Shown: in pieces, positions 27,769 through 38,128 of the stretch
Layout of the letters: each line of letters opens with the position of its first letter
Numbering within the stretch: position 1 is the stretch's first letter
Source: Kofleriaceae bacterium
GTDB lineage: Bacteria > Myxococcota_A > Polyangia > Haliangiales > Haliangiaceae
Length of the DNA stretch: 64,000 nucleotides
Assembly: GCA_043780895.1 (NCBI GenBank)
Contig: JAYWCI010000134.1
Span: forward strand, 3,875 to 67,874
Direction: 5' to 3'
The notes under the pieces: model-generated
Database searches by the model: none
Told to the model about the DNA's origin: nothing
What the model saw: only the letters and a program-made list of their open reading frames with translations
Translations under genes and position numbers: made by a program

Positions 27769-29667
27769 TCACTCGCGCATCATTGCCCGGAACGAAGCGA
27801 TGCGCTTTGCGAGCTCGTCGAGCGAGCTGTCGTTCTGGTGATACTGCACGTACATCGCGAGGTCGCCCCACTCTCCGTCGAGCCGGCCACCGTTCTTCGT
27901 CTTGTACGTGTCGTACTCCCGCTTCACCGCAGACATCTTCGCAGCGACCGCCTCGCGCGAGAGGCCCGTCGACTTCGTGGCGCTCGGGATCTCGGCCACC
28001 GTCTTCTTGGTTGTTTTGGTGCCGTGCAAGCCCGGGTGCTTCACCGGTGGCTTCGCAGGATCGTCGATCGTGATCTCGGGTTTTGGCTGATCGGTCGCGA
28101 CACCTTCACGCGAAGGCTGGGTGACGGGTTGCGCGACCGTGGGTTGCTGCGGCTCGGGTGGCAACGATTCGACCGTGACGTGCTGCGGTGCGGGCTTCGC
28201 GACGGGCGGCGGTGGCGCGGCGTGGCTCGAACCTCGCGTGGTCGCGAACACCACGACCGCGATCACGAGCGCCGTCGCACCCGCGACGAGCGCGACCGTG
28301 TGCTTCTTCTTCGCCCGCGCCGGTGCCATCGCACCGGCGGAGAACAGGTCGGGCGTGACGTCCGGAACGGCACCGGTGCCATCGGCGAGCCCGAGCTCGA
28401 CGGTCTGGATCGCGGTGGTCGGAATCGCCGGCGGCATCGGTGATTGCTGCGGCAGCAAGTCGGTCGGTGCGGTCGGTTCGCGCGGGGGCGGTTGCACGGT
28501 CGGCATGCGCGTGCGAGCCGGAATCACGGGCGGCATCGGTACGCCATCGGCGGGCGCCTGCAGCGGGAGGTTCGCGAACGCGAAGCTGACCGTGGTGCCC
28601 GTCTGCGTCGTCAGCTGATCCTGAAAATCTTCGATGTGGACCTTCGCGATCCGCTCGTGCAGCTCGCGCTGACCGGTCATCTCCTCGGAGAACAGGTCGC
28701 GCATGTAGCTGCCGAGCTGATCGGTCGAGATCGTGGGGTTCACGCCGACGAGGCACTGCTGGATCGAATCGCGAAACTCCGCGGCGGTCTGATAGCGGTC
28801 TTCGCCTTTGGGCCGCAGCGCGGTCGCGACGAGGTCGTCGTACGGCGCGAGCTGCGGTGCGATTTCGGAGGGCAGCATGTGATCGCCCTTCGCGACCTTC
28901 TTCGCGAGCGCGCGATAGTCGGGCTCCGGGCCTGCTTCGTACAGGCGCTTGCTCGTGAGCAGCTCGAACAACACGACGCCTGCCGCGTAGATATCGGTGC
29001 GGTGATCGACGATGCCACCGCGGATCAGCTGTTCTGGCGCCATGTAGCCGAACTTGCCAAAGCCCATCTTCGGATCGGTCGCGGTGCCGCGGATCGCCGA
29101 CTTCGCGATGCCGAAATCGATCACCTTGGTCTCGCCTTCGAACGAGACCAGGACATTGGGCGGCGAGATATCGCAGTGCACGAGGTTGAGCGAGGAACCG
29201 TCGTTGCTCGTGCGGCGGTGCGCATAGGCGAGCCCGTTCGCGAGTTCGCGACCGACGAACAACGCGAGGTCGACCGGGAAGCGCTGCTTGCGCTGGCCGA
29301 GCAGGCCGAGCGTGCGACGCAGGTCGCGGCCTTCGACGAACTCGAGCGCGAGGAAGTACTCGTCGCCGACGCGACCGACCTCGAAGACCTGCGCGATGTT
29401 GACGTGCTGGAGCTTGATCGCGACCTGAGCCTCGTCGACGAAGCGCGAGATGAACTGTGCATCGGCCGCGAGGTGCGGGAGCACCTTCTTGATCACACAG
29501 AGCTTCTCGAAGCCGGCGAGGCCATGCTTCGCGAGGAAAATCTCTCCCATACCGCCCCGCGAGAGACGCTGGACCAGGAGGTACCGACCGAACACCTGTG
29601 GCAGCCCCTCGATCCGCCCCATCGGGCCGGTTTGAGGATTTTCGACCGATACCTGCAACATCGACAT
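27769..29667 (-). CDS. Membrane-anchored Ser/Thr protein kinase
   Basis: Hanks kinase motifs (GGMGEIFLAKH, HCDISPPNVL, DFG, APE), a Pro-rich linker, one TM helix (ALVAGATALVIAVVVFATT) and a ~190-aa C-terminal outside domain. Start taken at ATG 29667. Confidence 0.9.
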   Translation of the reverse strand: MSMLQVSVENPQTGPMGRIEGLPQVFGRYLLVQRLSRGGMGEIFLAKHGLAGFEKLCVIKKVLPHLAADAQFISRFVDEAQVAIKLQHVNIAQVFEVGRVGDEYFLALEFVEGRDLRRTLGLLGQRKQRFPVDLALFVGRELANGLAYAHRRTSNDGSSLNLVHCDISPPNVLVSFEGETKVIDFGIAKSAIRGTATDPKMGFGKFGYMAPEQLIRGGIVDHRTDIYAAGVVLFELLTSKRLYEAGPEPDYRALAKKVAKGDHMLPSEIAPQLAPYDDLVATALRPKGEDRYQTAAEFRDSIQQCLVGVNPTISTDQLGSYMRDLFSEEMTGQRELHERIAKVHIEDFQDQLTTQTGTTVSFAFANLPLQAPADGVPMPPVIPARTRMPTVQPPPREPTAPTDLLPQQSPMPPAIPTTAIQTVELGLADGTGAVPDVTPDLFSAGAMAPARAKKKHTVALVAGATALVIAVVVFATTRGSSHAAPPPPVAKPAPQHVTVESLPPEPQQPTVAQPVTQPSREGVATDQPKPEITIDDPAKPPVKHPGLHGTKTTKKTVAEIPSATKSTGLSREAVAAKMSAVKREYDTYKTKNGGRLDGEWGDLAMYVQYHQNDSSLDELAKRIASFRAMMRE

Positions 29668-29797
29668 CCTAACGCGTCGGAGCCGCCGTACAACGATCAC
29701 TTTCGGCCACCGAGTGATCTGCATGTTTCATTATAAGTCCATGTGATCCGTACAGTTGTAGGAGGGTGGCAGGGTCTGATACGGTCCAGTCAAGCCG

Positions 29798-31387
29798 ATG
29801 CGGATCTGGGTAGCTACCCTCTCGTTGGCTGCGGCATGCACGAATAGCGGGGCGCTCGACCTCCAGCTTTCGCTGCCGACGGACCCGGATCTTCGCCCCA
29901 CGGGCATGACCTCGGTCAGTGTCGTCGCGAGCTCCGTGGAGATCGGGACGCAGACCAACACCAGCATTCTGGAAGGTCCGAGCTTCTCGGCCGGCGAGCT
30001 ACCGATCGGCAAAGGCATCCAGATCGACGTGCTCTTCCACGACGACTCGAACCGCCTCGTCGGCGTCGGCGAGGGCCCGAACCTGATCGATATCGCAGGC
30101 GACAAGAAGTCGTCGCTCCTGATCCCCGTACGCAAGCCGTTCATCTACACGAGCTCGGGCACGAAGCTGTACTCGTACGACCCCACGCTCGACGCGCGCG
30201 CCACGAAGTTTCAAGGCACGCTCGCCGGCGTCACGGCGCCGCTGTTCACGGTTTCGGTCGGCGGCGATCGCCTGGTGATCGCGTCGGCAACGACATTATC
30301 GATCGTCGATACCGCGACGAACACCGTGACCGGCTCGCCGATCACGATCCCCGGGACGATCAAAGACGCCGCGACCATCCCGAGCAGCCATCGCATCGCG
30401 GTCGCGCACTCGACCGGCATCTCGATCGTCGATCTCGATGCTGGCACGGTCACCACCGGTGGGGGCGTCGGCGTCGATCGCATCACGGTGGGGCCCACGC
30501 TCGACGGCCACGTCGTCGCGTACGGCTTGATCTCGCGCGTCGCGCCGCCCGTCGGGCCGGTCGATACGTGCACCGGCACGTCGTCGTTGATCTCGGTCGA
30601 TGTCGATACGCCCGCAGCCACCGTGACGCCGGTCGCGCTCGGTCAGGCGGTCGCCGATATCGCAGCGGCGCCCAACACGCCGGCATTGTTCGCCGCCCTG
30701 CCCTGCACCGGCAAGGTCTCGCGCTACGCCAACGGCACGTTCACCGATATCGCGACCCTGCCGCGCGCGGCGGTGCTCGCCGTCTCCGGCGAAAAAGTGT
30801 GGGCCGCCGGCACGAGGCCGTCGACGCCGGTGTGCGGCAACACCTCGGGCGAGACCCCGTGCACGCCTGCCGCGGTGCCTGACTGCTCTTCGACCGCGTC
30901 GATCCAGCTCGGCTACGTCACGACCGGCGCGTCGCTGGTCGTCGAGTCGATCCCGCTTGCCGGTGGCGCCGCGACCGAGGTCGACGTGCCCGAGCCCCGC
31001 GAGACCATGATCGCGACGAACGATCCGGCGCGGCAACATGCCCAGGTGCTCCGCGCGCTGTCGGTGCAGCCGCTCGATCTCGTCGTGCTACCAGGCGGTC
31101 AGTACGTCTCGCTGATCACGACGAATACGTACTTCATCACTGCACTCGGCAGCCCCGGCAACGTGGTCCTGCCGTGCCTCCGGACCATCACCGGCGACTG
31201 GATGTTGATGGATATGGCGAACAGCTCGGTCGCGCAGCGCGTCCGCACCAAGTGCGACCTCGCGGTCGGCACGCCGACGGGCAACGAGTTCCCGACCTGG
31301 ATTTGCGAGGACGCACCGGTCGGCCAGACCCCGGCGCTCGGCGAATACCAGCCGACCTCGGTCGGTGCGCTGTTTGGAGCCCGGTGA
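29798..31387 (+). CDS. Putative lipoprotein, beta-rich
   Basis: MRIWVATLSLAAAC lipobox. 529 aa of Thr/Val/Gly-rich repetitive strands. Confidence 0.65.
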   Translation: MRIWVATLSLAAACTNSGALDLQLSLPTDPDLRPTGMTSVSVVASSVEIGTQTNTSILEGPSFSAGELPIGKGIQIDVLFHDDSNRLVGVGEGPNLIDIAGDKKSSLLIPVRKPFIYTSSGTKLYSYDPTLDARATKFQGTLAGVTAPLFTVSVGGDRLVIASATTLSIVDTATNTVTGSPITIPGTIKDAATIPSSHRIAVAHSTGISIVDLDAGTVTTGGGVGVDRITVGPTLDGHVVAYGLISRVAPPVGPVDTCTGTSSLISVDVDTPAATVTPVALGQAVADIAAAPNTPALFAALPCTGKVSRYANGTFTDIATLPRAAVLAVSGEKVWAAGTRPSTPVCGNTSGETPCTPAAVPDCSSTASIQLGYVTTGASLVVESIPLAGGAATEVDVPEPRETMIATNDPARQHAQVLRALSVQPLDLVVLPGGQYVSLITTNTYFITALGSPGNVVLPCLRTITGDWMLMDMANSSVAQRVRTKCDLAVGTPTGNEFPTWICEDAPVGQTPALGEYQPTSVGALFGAR

Positions 31388-32211
31388 AGGCCCTCGTCCT
31401 GCTGTGCTTGTTTGTCGGGTTCTTCGGCGGGCTGGCCCAGGCAGATCCGAACCCGAAGCGCAAAGTCGCGGTGCTCGAGTACCGCGCGAACTCGAGCGCG
31501 CTGCCAGGCGTTGCCGGCAAGATCGTCGCGGCGCTCCAGCGCCAGACCTCGCTCGACTTGCTCGGGCCCGATCAGGTGCGCGTCGTGTACGGCGAGCATC
31601 TCGATCAAGCGGTCGTCAAGTGCGGCGGTGAAGCGGACTGCATCGCCAAGATCGGTGCGAAGGTCGGCGCCTCCGAGGTCATCCTCGTCGGGATCAGCGA
31701 GCTCGGCGACGTGATCCTCACGATGCAGCGTATCGACGTCGCGCAGCGCACGGTCGTCGCGCGGGTCGCCGATTCGATCGCGAGCGGCGCCGCGCCCGAT
31801 GACGATCAGATCGGCTACTACCTCACGAAGATCATGCCCTCGGGTGACTTCATGCGGTTCGGCGTGATCGATATCATCTCGAGCCAGGCCGGCGCGCTCG
31901 TCACGATCGGCGGCGAGAAGCGCGGCAACACGCCGATTCCACCGCTCAAGCTCCACGCGCCGGCGAGCTACACCGTCCGTGTCGAGAAGGACGGCTACGT
32001 GCCGTTCACGACAAAGATCGCACTACCCGCCGATGGCGAGCTCAAGCTCAATGCGAACCTCTCGAAGAAGGGCGCCGGCGGTGCATGGTATGCGCACTGG
32101 TACGTCCTGGCGATCGGCGGCGTGCTCGTCGCAGGCCTCGCGGGCGGATCGATCTACTACGCCACGCGGCCACCGGCGCCTACTAGCGTCCCGGTCACCG
32201 GCAATTTCTAG
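31384..32211 (+). CDS. PEGA-domain protein with C-terminal membrane anchor
   Basis: The GTG overlaps the upstream stop (GTGA). It has a signal peptide, a PEGA-like segment ALVTIGGEKRGNTPI..YTVRVEKDGYVPF, and a C-terminal TM helix. Confidence 0.7.
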   Translation: MKALVLLCLFVGFFGGLAQADPNPKRKVAVLEYRANSSALPGVAGKIVAALQRQTSLDLLGPDQVRVVYGEHLDQAVVKCGGEADCIAKIGAKVGASEVILVGISELGDVILTMQRIDVAQRTVVARVADSIASGAAPDDDQIGYYLTKIMPSGDFMRFGVIDIISSQAGALVTIGGEKRGNTPIPPLKLHAPASYTVRVEKDGYVPFTTKIALPADGELKLNANLSKKGAGGAWYAHWYVLAIGGVLVAGLAGGSIYYATRPPAPTSVPVTGNF

Positions 32212-32260
32212 CGCCAGCGAGGTCAGCGCGTTCGAAGCGAAATTCGTGCTGCGGTGCGCT

Positions 32261-32710
32261 CTAGGCTGCCGCTAGACCGCGGAGCATGACCAGCGCGTCT
32301 TCGCCGTCGTCCTGATAGTAGCGCGCGCGGACGTGCACGGTCTTGAAGCCCGCGCGTTCATAGAGCCCGATCGCAGCCTTGTTCGAGCGCCGGACTTCGA
32401 GCGTCGCGAGCACGCAGCCGGTAGTGATCGCCGCGGCCAACGCGTGCTCGAGAAGGAGGGCGCCGTAGCCGCGACCACGCTCGGCCGGATGGGTCGCGAT
32501 GTGGAGGATGTGGACCTCGGTCGTCACGATCCAGTAGTTGTTGAACGCGACGATCCGGTCTTCGACACGCCCCACATCGATGCTCGCCCACTCGCGGGCG
32601 AGCTCGCCGACGAACGTCTCGTGCGGCCACGGTGCATCGAACGAGAGCCGTTCGATCTCGTCGATCGATGCGAGGTCAGCCTCGGTCGCGGGCGAGATCC
32701 GGAGCGTCAC
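32261..32710 (-). CDS. rimI: Ribosomal-protein-alanine N-acetyltransferase
   Basis: GNAT motif A RGRGYGALLLEH. 149 aa. The GTG start overlaps the engB stop (GTGA). Confidence 0.85.
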   Translation of the reverse strand: MTLRISPATEADLASIDEIERLSFDAPWPHETFVGELAREWASIDVGRVEDRIVAFNNYWIVTTEVHILHIATHPAERGRGYGALLLEHALAAAITTGCVLATLEVRRSNKAAIGLYERAGFKTVHVRARYYQDDGEDALVMLRGLAAA

Positions 32711-33294
32711 TGCTTCGGAGCTTCGACGATCTTCAGCATCCCGCGCCACATCGCATCGATGCCCTCGGCGGTCTGCGCGGACACCGCGATCGGATCGCGC
32801 TTGAGCCCGAGGTCCTTCTTGGCCTTCATGACCTCGAGCGTGCGCTTGTTCTTCGGGAGCTTGTCGGCCTTCGTGAGCGCGACGATGACCGGAATCTTCT
32901 TCGCGGCGAGCCACGGAATGAAGTCGAGCTCTTCTTCTTGGACGCCGCGGCGGATATCGATCAACAGGAGCACGCCGGCGAGGACGTCTCGCTTCTCGAG
33001 GTAGGTCTCGATCAACGGGCGCCACGATTCCTTGAGGTCGCGATTCACCGCCGCGTAGCCGTAGCCCGGCAGATCGACGAGATGAAACTTCTTGTCGATC
33101 TCGAACCAGTTGACCAGCCGCGTGCGACCCGGCGTGCGCGAGGTCCGCGCGAGCCCATCGTGACCGACAAGCGTGTTGATCAGCGTCGACTTACCGACGT
33201 TCGAACGGCCGACCACGGCGAGCTCCGGCAGCGTGCCGAATGGAAAATCGGACGGCTGGGCGGCCGACGTGACGAACACTGCGGGAACTTTCAT
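32707..33294 (-). CDS. engB: Ribosome biogenesis GTPase YihA/EngB
   Basis: G1 GRSNVGKSTLIN, G3 DLPGYG, G4 TKADK. The ATG overlaps the upstream stop (ATGA). Confidence 0.9.
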   Translation of the reverse strand: MKVPAVFVTSAAQPSDFPFGTLPELAVVGRSNVGKSTLINTLVGHDGLARTSRTPGRTRLVNWFEIDKKFHLVDLPGYGYAAVNRDLKESWRPLIETYLEKRDVLAGVLLLIDIRRGVQEEELDFIPWLAAKKIPVIVALTKADKLPKNKRTLEVMKAKKDLGLKRDPIAVSAQTAEGIDAMWRGMLKIVEAPKQ

Positions 33295-33743
33295 GGCTTC
33301 ACGGACGGAGCTGGATGTGGCGACACGGACGGATCGAATGGGCGGTTCTTGGTGCGACGAACGTGGCAACCATCGCATACCGCCGTTCGAACGCTCGGTT
33401 GCGCAAGGTCGACCATCCCGAGCGCGACGGCAACCGGTTTATCGCGCATGAGGTCGTCCTCGGCGTATGCCGCGCCGGCACCGTGGCAAGCCTCGCACCC
33501 GACCTCGACGGCGATGGCCGCACCGACAGGCGCATCACCGGTGCCGTGGCAGCCGAGGCAGGCAGCCTGGGGCTTGCCCTCGAACCGGCTTCGCGTGTTC
33601 GCGTGAGGGGTCACCTGCCACGCGGCGAGCTCTTTCGGGTGACATGCGCCGCACGCGGCGGTGCCGGTCCAGTCGCGACGTGACGCGAGCGCGGCACTCG
33701 CCAGCGTCGCGAGCATCACGAGCGCAAGCACCGTGGTCCGCAC
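33291..33743 (-). CDS. Small periplasmic tetraheme cytochrome c
   Basis: Signal peptide plus four CxxCH motifs (CGACH, CLGCH, CEACH, CDGCH) in 150 aa. Confidence 0.75.
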   Translation of the reverse strand: MRTTVLALVMLATLASAALASRRDWTGTAACGACHPKELAAWQVTPHANTRSRFEGKPQAACLGCHGTGDAPVGAAIAVEVGCEACHGAGAAYAEDDLMRDKPVAVALGMVDLAQPSVRTAVCDGCHVRRTKNRPFDPSVSPHPAPSVKP

Positions 33744-33790
33744 CGGCGAAAGCTACCCTACCCTCGCTCCGGCGTGGTAACCGAAGGGAC

Positions 33791-35530
33791 GTGACGACGC
33801 ACGTGATCGGGCTGACCGGCGGGATCGCGTCGGGCAAGAGCACGGTCGCCAGGTTGCTCGGCGAGCGCGGGGCGATCGTGGTCGATGCCGATCAGCTCGC
33901 GCGCCAGATCGTCGAGCCGGGTCAGCCCGCCCTCGCGGAGCTGGTCGCGCGCTTTGGCGCCGCGATCCTCGGCGCGGACGGCACGCTCGATCGCAAACGC
34001 CTCGGCGCGATCGCATTCGGGGATCCGGCAGCGCGAGCCGACCTCGGCAAGATCACGCATCACCGCATCGCGATCGCAGCTGCCCGCGCGTTCGCCGAGG
34101 CGAGCGAGCGCGGCGCGCGCATCGTGTTCTACGAGGCGGCACTGCTCGTCGAAAACCGCGCGTACGAGAGCCTAACTGGGCTGATCGTCGTCGCGGCGGC
34201 ACCCGAGGTCCAAGAAGCGCGGCTCGTCGCGCGTGATCTGATGACGCTCGAGAATGCGCGCGCACGCATCGCCACTCAGGCGCCGCTCGCCGCGAAGCTC
34301 ACCGTGGCGACGTGGGTGATCCAGAACGATGGCGAGCCGCTACACCTCGTCGCTCAGCTCGACACGATCGTCGCCGAGATCGAGCAGAAGTACGGCAGGA
34401 TCGCGGTCCCGCGCGCTGCCGAAAAAGTTCGCAGCGAGACGCGAGAAGTCGCGCTCGTCACCGGATTCCCCGCGTTCACCGCGAAGCGGATGATCGCGAA
34501 GTTGCTCGTGGCCGAGCCCGAGACCAAGCTCTACGTGCTCGCGCGCGCCAAGTTCGCCGCGGACGCGCAGTCGCACCTCACCGCGCTCGGTGCCGGGGCG
34601 CGCGCGGAGGTCCTCGTCGGCGACATCTGCGACATGGATCTCGGGCTCTCGAGTGGCGAGTACCGCGCGCTGTCGAAGCAGCTGACCTGGATCCATCACC
34701 TCGCCGGCATCTACTTCATGGGGATCGACGACGAGACGGCCCGCAAGGTCAACGTCGGTGGCACGCGCACAGTGATCGAGCTCGCGCGCGATGCGGCGCG
34801 GCTCGAGCGCGTCGTGCACTGGTCCACCGCGATGGTCTCGGGTCGACGTGGCGGCACGGTGTACGAGGACGAGCTCGAGAGCGGCCAGAAGTTTCACAAT
34901 GGCTACGAGCGCACCAAGTACGAGGCGGAACGGCTCGTGCGCAATGCGATGCGCGAGCTGCCGATCACTGTGATCCGGCCAGCGACGATCGTGGGCGATA
35001 GCCGGACCGGCGAGATCGACAAGCTCGACGGCCCCTACTACTTGATGGTGCTGATCGCGACGAACACCTCGGGGATGCGGTTGCCGATCCTGGGTCGTGG
35101 CGACGCACCGCTGCATCTCGTACCGATCGACTACGTGATCGATGCGGCGCACGCGATCGCGCACAGTCCGGCCTCGGCCGGCAAGACCTTTCACCTCGTC
35201 GATCCGAATCCGCTCAGCGCGCGCGCCGTGTTCGAAGGTGTCGCCTCGCACGCGAACACCGCGATCCCGCGCGGCTCGATTCCCCGCGCGCTCGCGCGCG
35301 CCGTCCTGCGCACGCCCGGGCTCGCGCGCCTGAGCCGGGGTCCGCTCGCCTTCCTCGACATCCTCGATCACACGGTGCATTACGATCAGCGCAACACCGC
35401 GAACGCGCTCGCGAGTTCGACGCTGCGATGTCCACCGCTCGCCGACTATCTGCCCGTGCTCGTCGATCACATGCTCGTGATGACGCGCGACGTGCATCCG
35501 ACCGAAGAGCCCCCGGATCCTCTCGAATAG
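33791..35530 (+). CDS. coaE: Dephospho-CoA kinase fused to an NAD(P)-dependent SDR/thioester-reductase-like domain
   Basis: The N-terminal ~200 aa are CoaE (P-loop GLTGGIASGKST). They continue in frame into a ~380-aa extended-SDR domain (VTGFPAFTAK, YERTK = YxxxK). I saw no ATG or GTG in the junction I checked. GTG start at 33791. Confidence 0.8.
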   Translation: MTTHVIGLTGGIASGKSTVARLLGERGAIVVDADQLARQIVEPGQPALAELVARFGAAILGADGTLDRKRLGAIAFGDPAARADLGKITHHRIAIAAARAFAEASERGARIVFYEAALLVENRAYESLTGLIVVAAAPEVQEARLVARDLMTLENARARIATQAPLAAKLTVATWVIQNDGEPLHLVAQLDTIVAEIEQKYGRIAVPRAAEKVRSETREVALVTGFPAFTAKRMIAKLLVAEPETKLYVLARAKFAADAQSHLTALGAGARAEVLVGDICDMDLGLSSGEYRALSKQLTWIHHLAGIYFMGIDDETARKVNVGGTRTVIELARDAARLERVVHWSTAMVSGRRGGTVYEDELESGQKFHNGYERTKYEAERLVRNAMRELPITVIRPATIVGDSRTGEIDKLDGPYYLMVLIATNTSGMRLPILGRGDAPLHLVPIDYVIDAAHAIAHSPASAGKTFHLVDPNPLSARAVFEGVASHANTAIPRGSIPRALARAVLRTPGLARLSRGPLAFLDILDHTVHYDQRNTANALASSTLRCPPLADYLPVLVDHMLVMTRDVHPTEEPPDPLE

Positions 35531-35547
35531 CCCGCTCGAAGAGCGCG

Positions 35548-36873
35548 CTACTCCGACGGCTCGCTGGCGCCATCTTCGGTGACGCCCTTCTGGCGCAGAC
35601 CGGCGCGCTCCAGCAGCTTGTAAAGGAACTTGCGCTCGAGCCCCGCGATCCGCGCGGCCTGCGACAGGTTGCCGTTCGCACGCTGCACGAGGTCGGCAAG
35701 GTACTCGCGCTCGAACCGCGCGACCAGCGCGTCCTTGGCCTCGTGAAACGGCTTGTCGGCCTTGAACGCGACCGGGCTGTCGGCGGGCGCAGCGGCGGTA
35801 GGCCGCAGCACGAACGGCAGCGATTGAAAATCGTCGTCGGGACCCGCGAGCGCGACCGCGCGGGTGATCACGTTGCGGAGCTCGCGCACGTTGCCGGGCC
35901 AGTGGTAACGCTCGAGGCGTTCGAGCGCTATGCCACCGACTTGCTTCGCGAGCTGCGGCGAGCCGGCTTTGTCGAGGAACATCGCGACCAGCCGGGCGAG
36001 ATCCTCGCGACGCTGGCGCAGCGGCGGGACGTGAACCTCGACGACCGCGAGCCGATAGTAGAGGTCACCGCGGAACCCGCCGCGCGCGACCTCGCCGTAG
36101 ACATCGCGATGCGTCGCCGCGACGATCCGCACGTCATACTTCTCGCTCTTGCGACCGCCGAGCGGCACGACCTCGCCGGCCTCGAGCATGCGCAGCAACT
36201 TGGGTTGCAGGCCGACCGGCAGGTCACCGATCTCGTCGAGGAACAGCGTGCCACCGTGCGCCGCCGCGAACGCACCGACACGCTCGCTGGCAGCGCCCGT
36301 GAAGGCGCCCTTGGTGTGACCGAACAGATCACTCTCGATCAGCGTTTCGGTCGAGGCACCGCAATCGAATACGACGAACGGTGCGTTTCTGCGTGGCGAG
36401 TGATCGTGGACGCCCCGCGCCATCAGCTCTTTGCCGGTGCCGCTCTCGCCGAGGAACAACACTGGTGCAGCCGATTTCGCGGCGCGCTCGAGCACGGCGA
36501 ACACCGAGCGCATCGCGATCGAACCGCCGTACAATGCACCGAAGTGATCGGCTTTCGACGGGGGGATATCGACCACCTCGTCGGCCGGCATCAGCTGGAC
36601 GAGCGTCTTGCCGATGCGCAAGGCGACACCCGGCGGCGCGACGACCTTACCGACCGCGACGCCATCGATCACCGTGCCGTTGCGCGAGCCGAGGTCGGTG
36701 ATCTGGAAGCCGGTCGCGACGGGCGCGATCGAGACGTGACGGCGCGACACGAATGCATCGTTGATCACGACATCGCAGGTCTTCTCGGTCCCGAGCACGA
36801 CGCCCGCGGCCGGCAACTCGATCTCGAGTCCGCGATCCGGGCCATCGACGACGCGCAGCTGCGCGGCACGCAT
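35548..36873 (-). CDS. Sigma-54-dependent transcriptional activator with N-terminal FHA domain
   Basis: FHA domain ([14 protein letters not shown]), Walker [15 protein letters not shown] loop and a C-terminal HTH. Start set at ATG 36873, because the longer ORF would overlap argG. Confidence 0.9.
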   Translation of the reverse strand: MRAAQLRVVDGPDRGLEIELPAAGVVLGTEKTCDVVINDAFVSRRHVSIAPVATGFQITDLGSRNGTVIDGVAVGKVVAPPGVALRIGKTLVQLMPADEVVDIPPSKADHFGALYGGSIAMRSVFAVLERAAKSAAPVLFLGESGTGKELMARGVHDHSPRRNAPFVVFDCGASTETLIESDLFGHTKGAFTGAASERVGAFAAAHGGTLFLDEIGDLPVGLQPKLLRMLEAGEVVPLGGRKSEKYDVRIVAATHRDVYGEVARGGFRGDLYYRLAVVEVHVPPLRQRREDLARLVAMFLDKAGSPQLAKQVGGIALERLERYHWPGNVRELRNVITRAVALAGPDDDFQSLPFVLRPTAAAPADSPVAFKADKPFHEAKDALVARFEREYLADLVQRANGNLSQAARIAGLERKFLYKLLERAGLRQKGVTEDGASEPSE

Positions 36874-36919
36874 GCCGTGCTTCGCCGCGATCGCGTTCGT
36901 GACCCGGGTGACGAGCAAG

Positions 36920-38119
<1,200 letters not shown>

Positions 38120-38128
38120 CTGTGGATG

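Noticed and set aside
33467-33790. 108-codon N-terminal extension of the coaE-fusion ORF. Likewise 3925..4467, upstream of the 4468 gene.
   Set aside because: The extensions overlap the divergent cytochrome gene or the GntR gene in other frames and are Arg-rich. Conserved domains begin right at the chosen starts.
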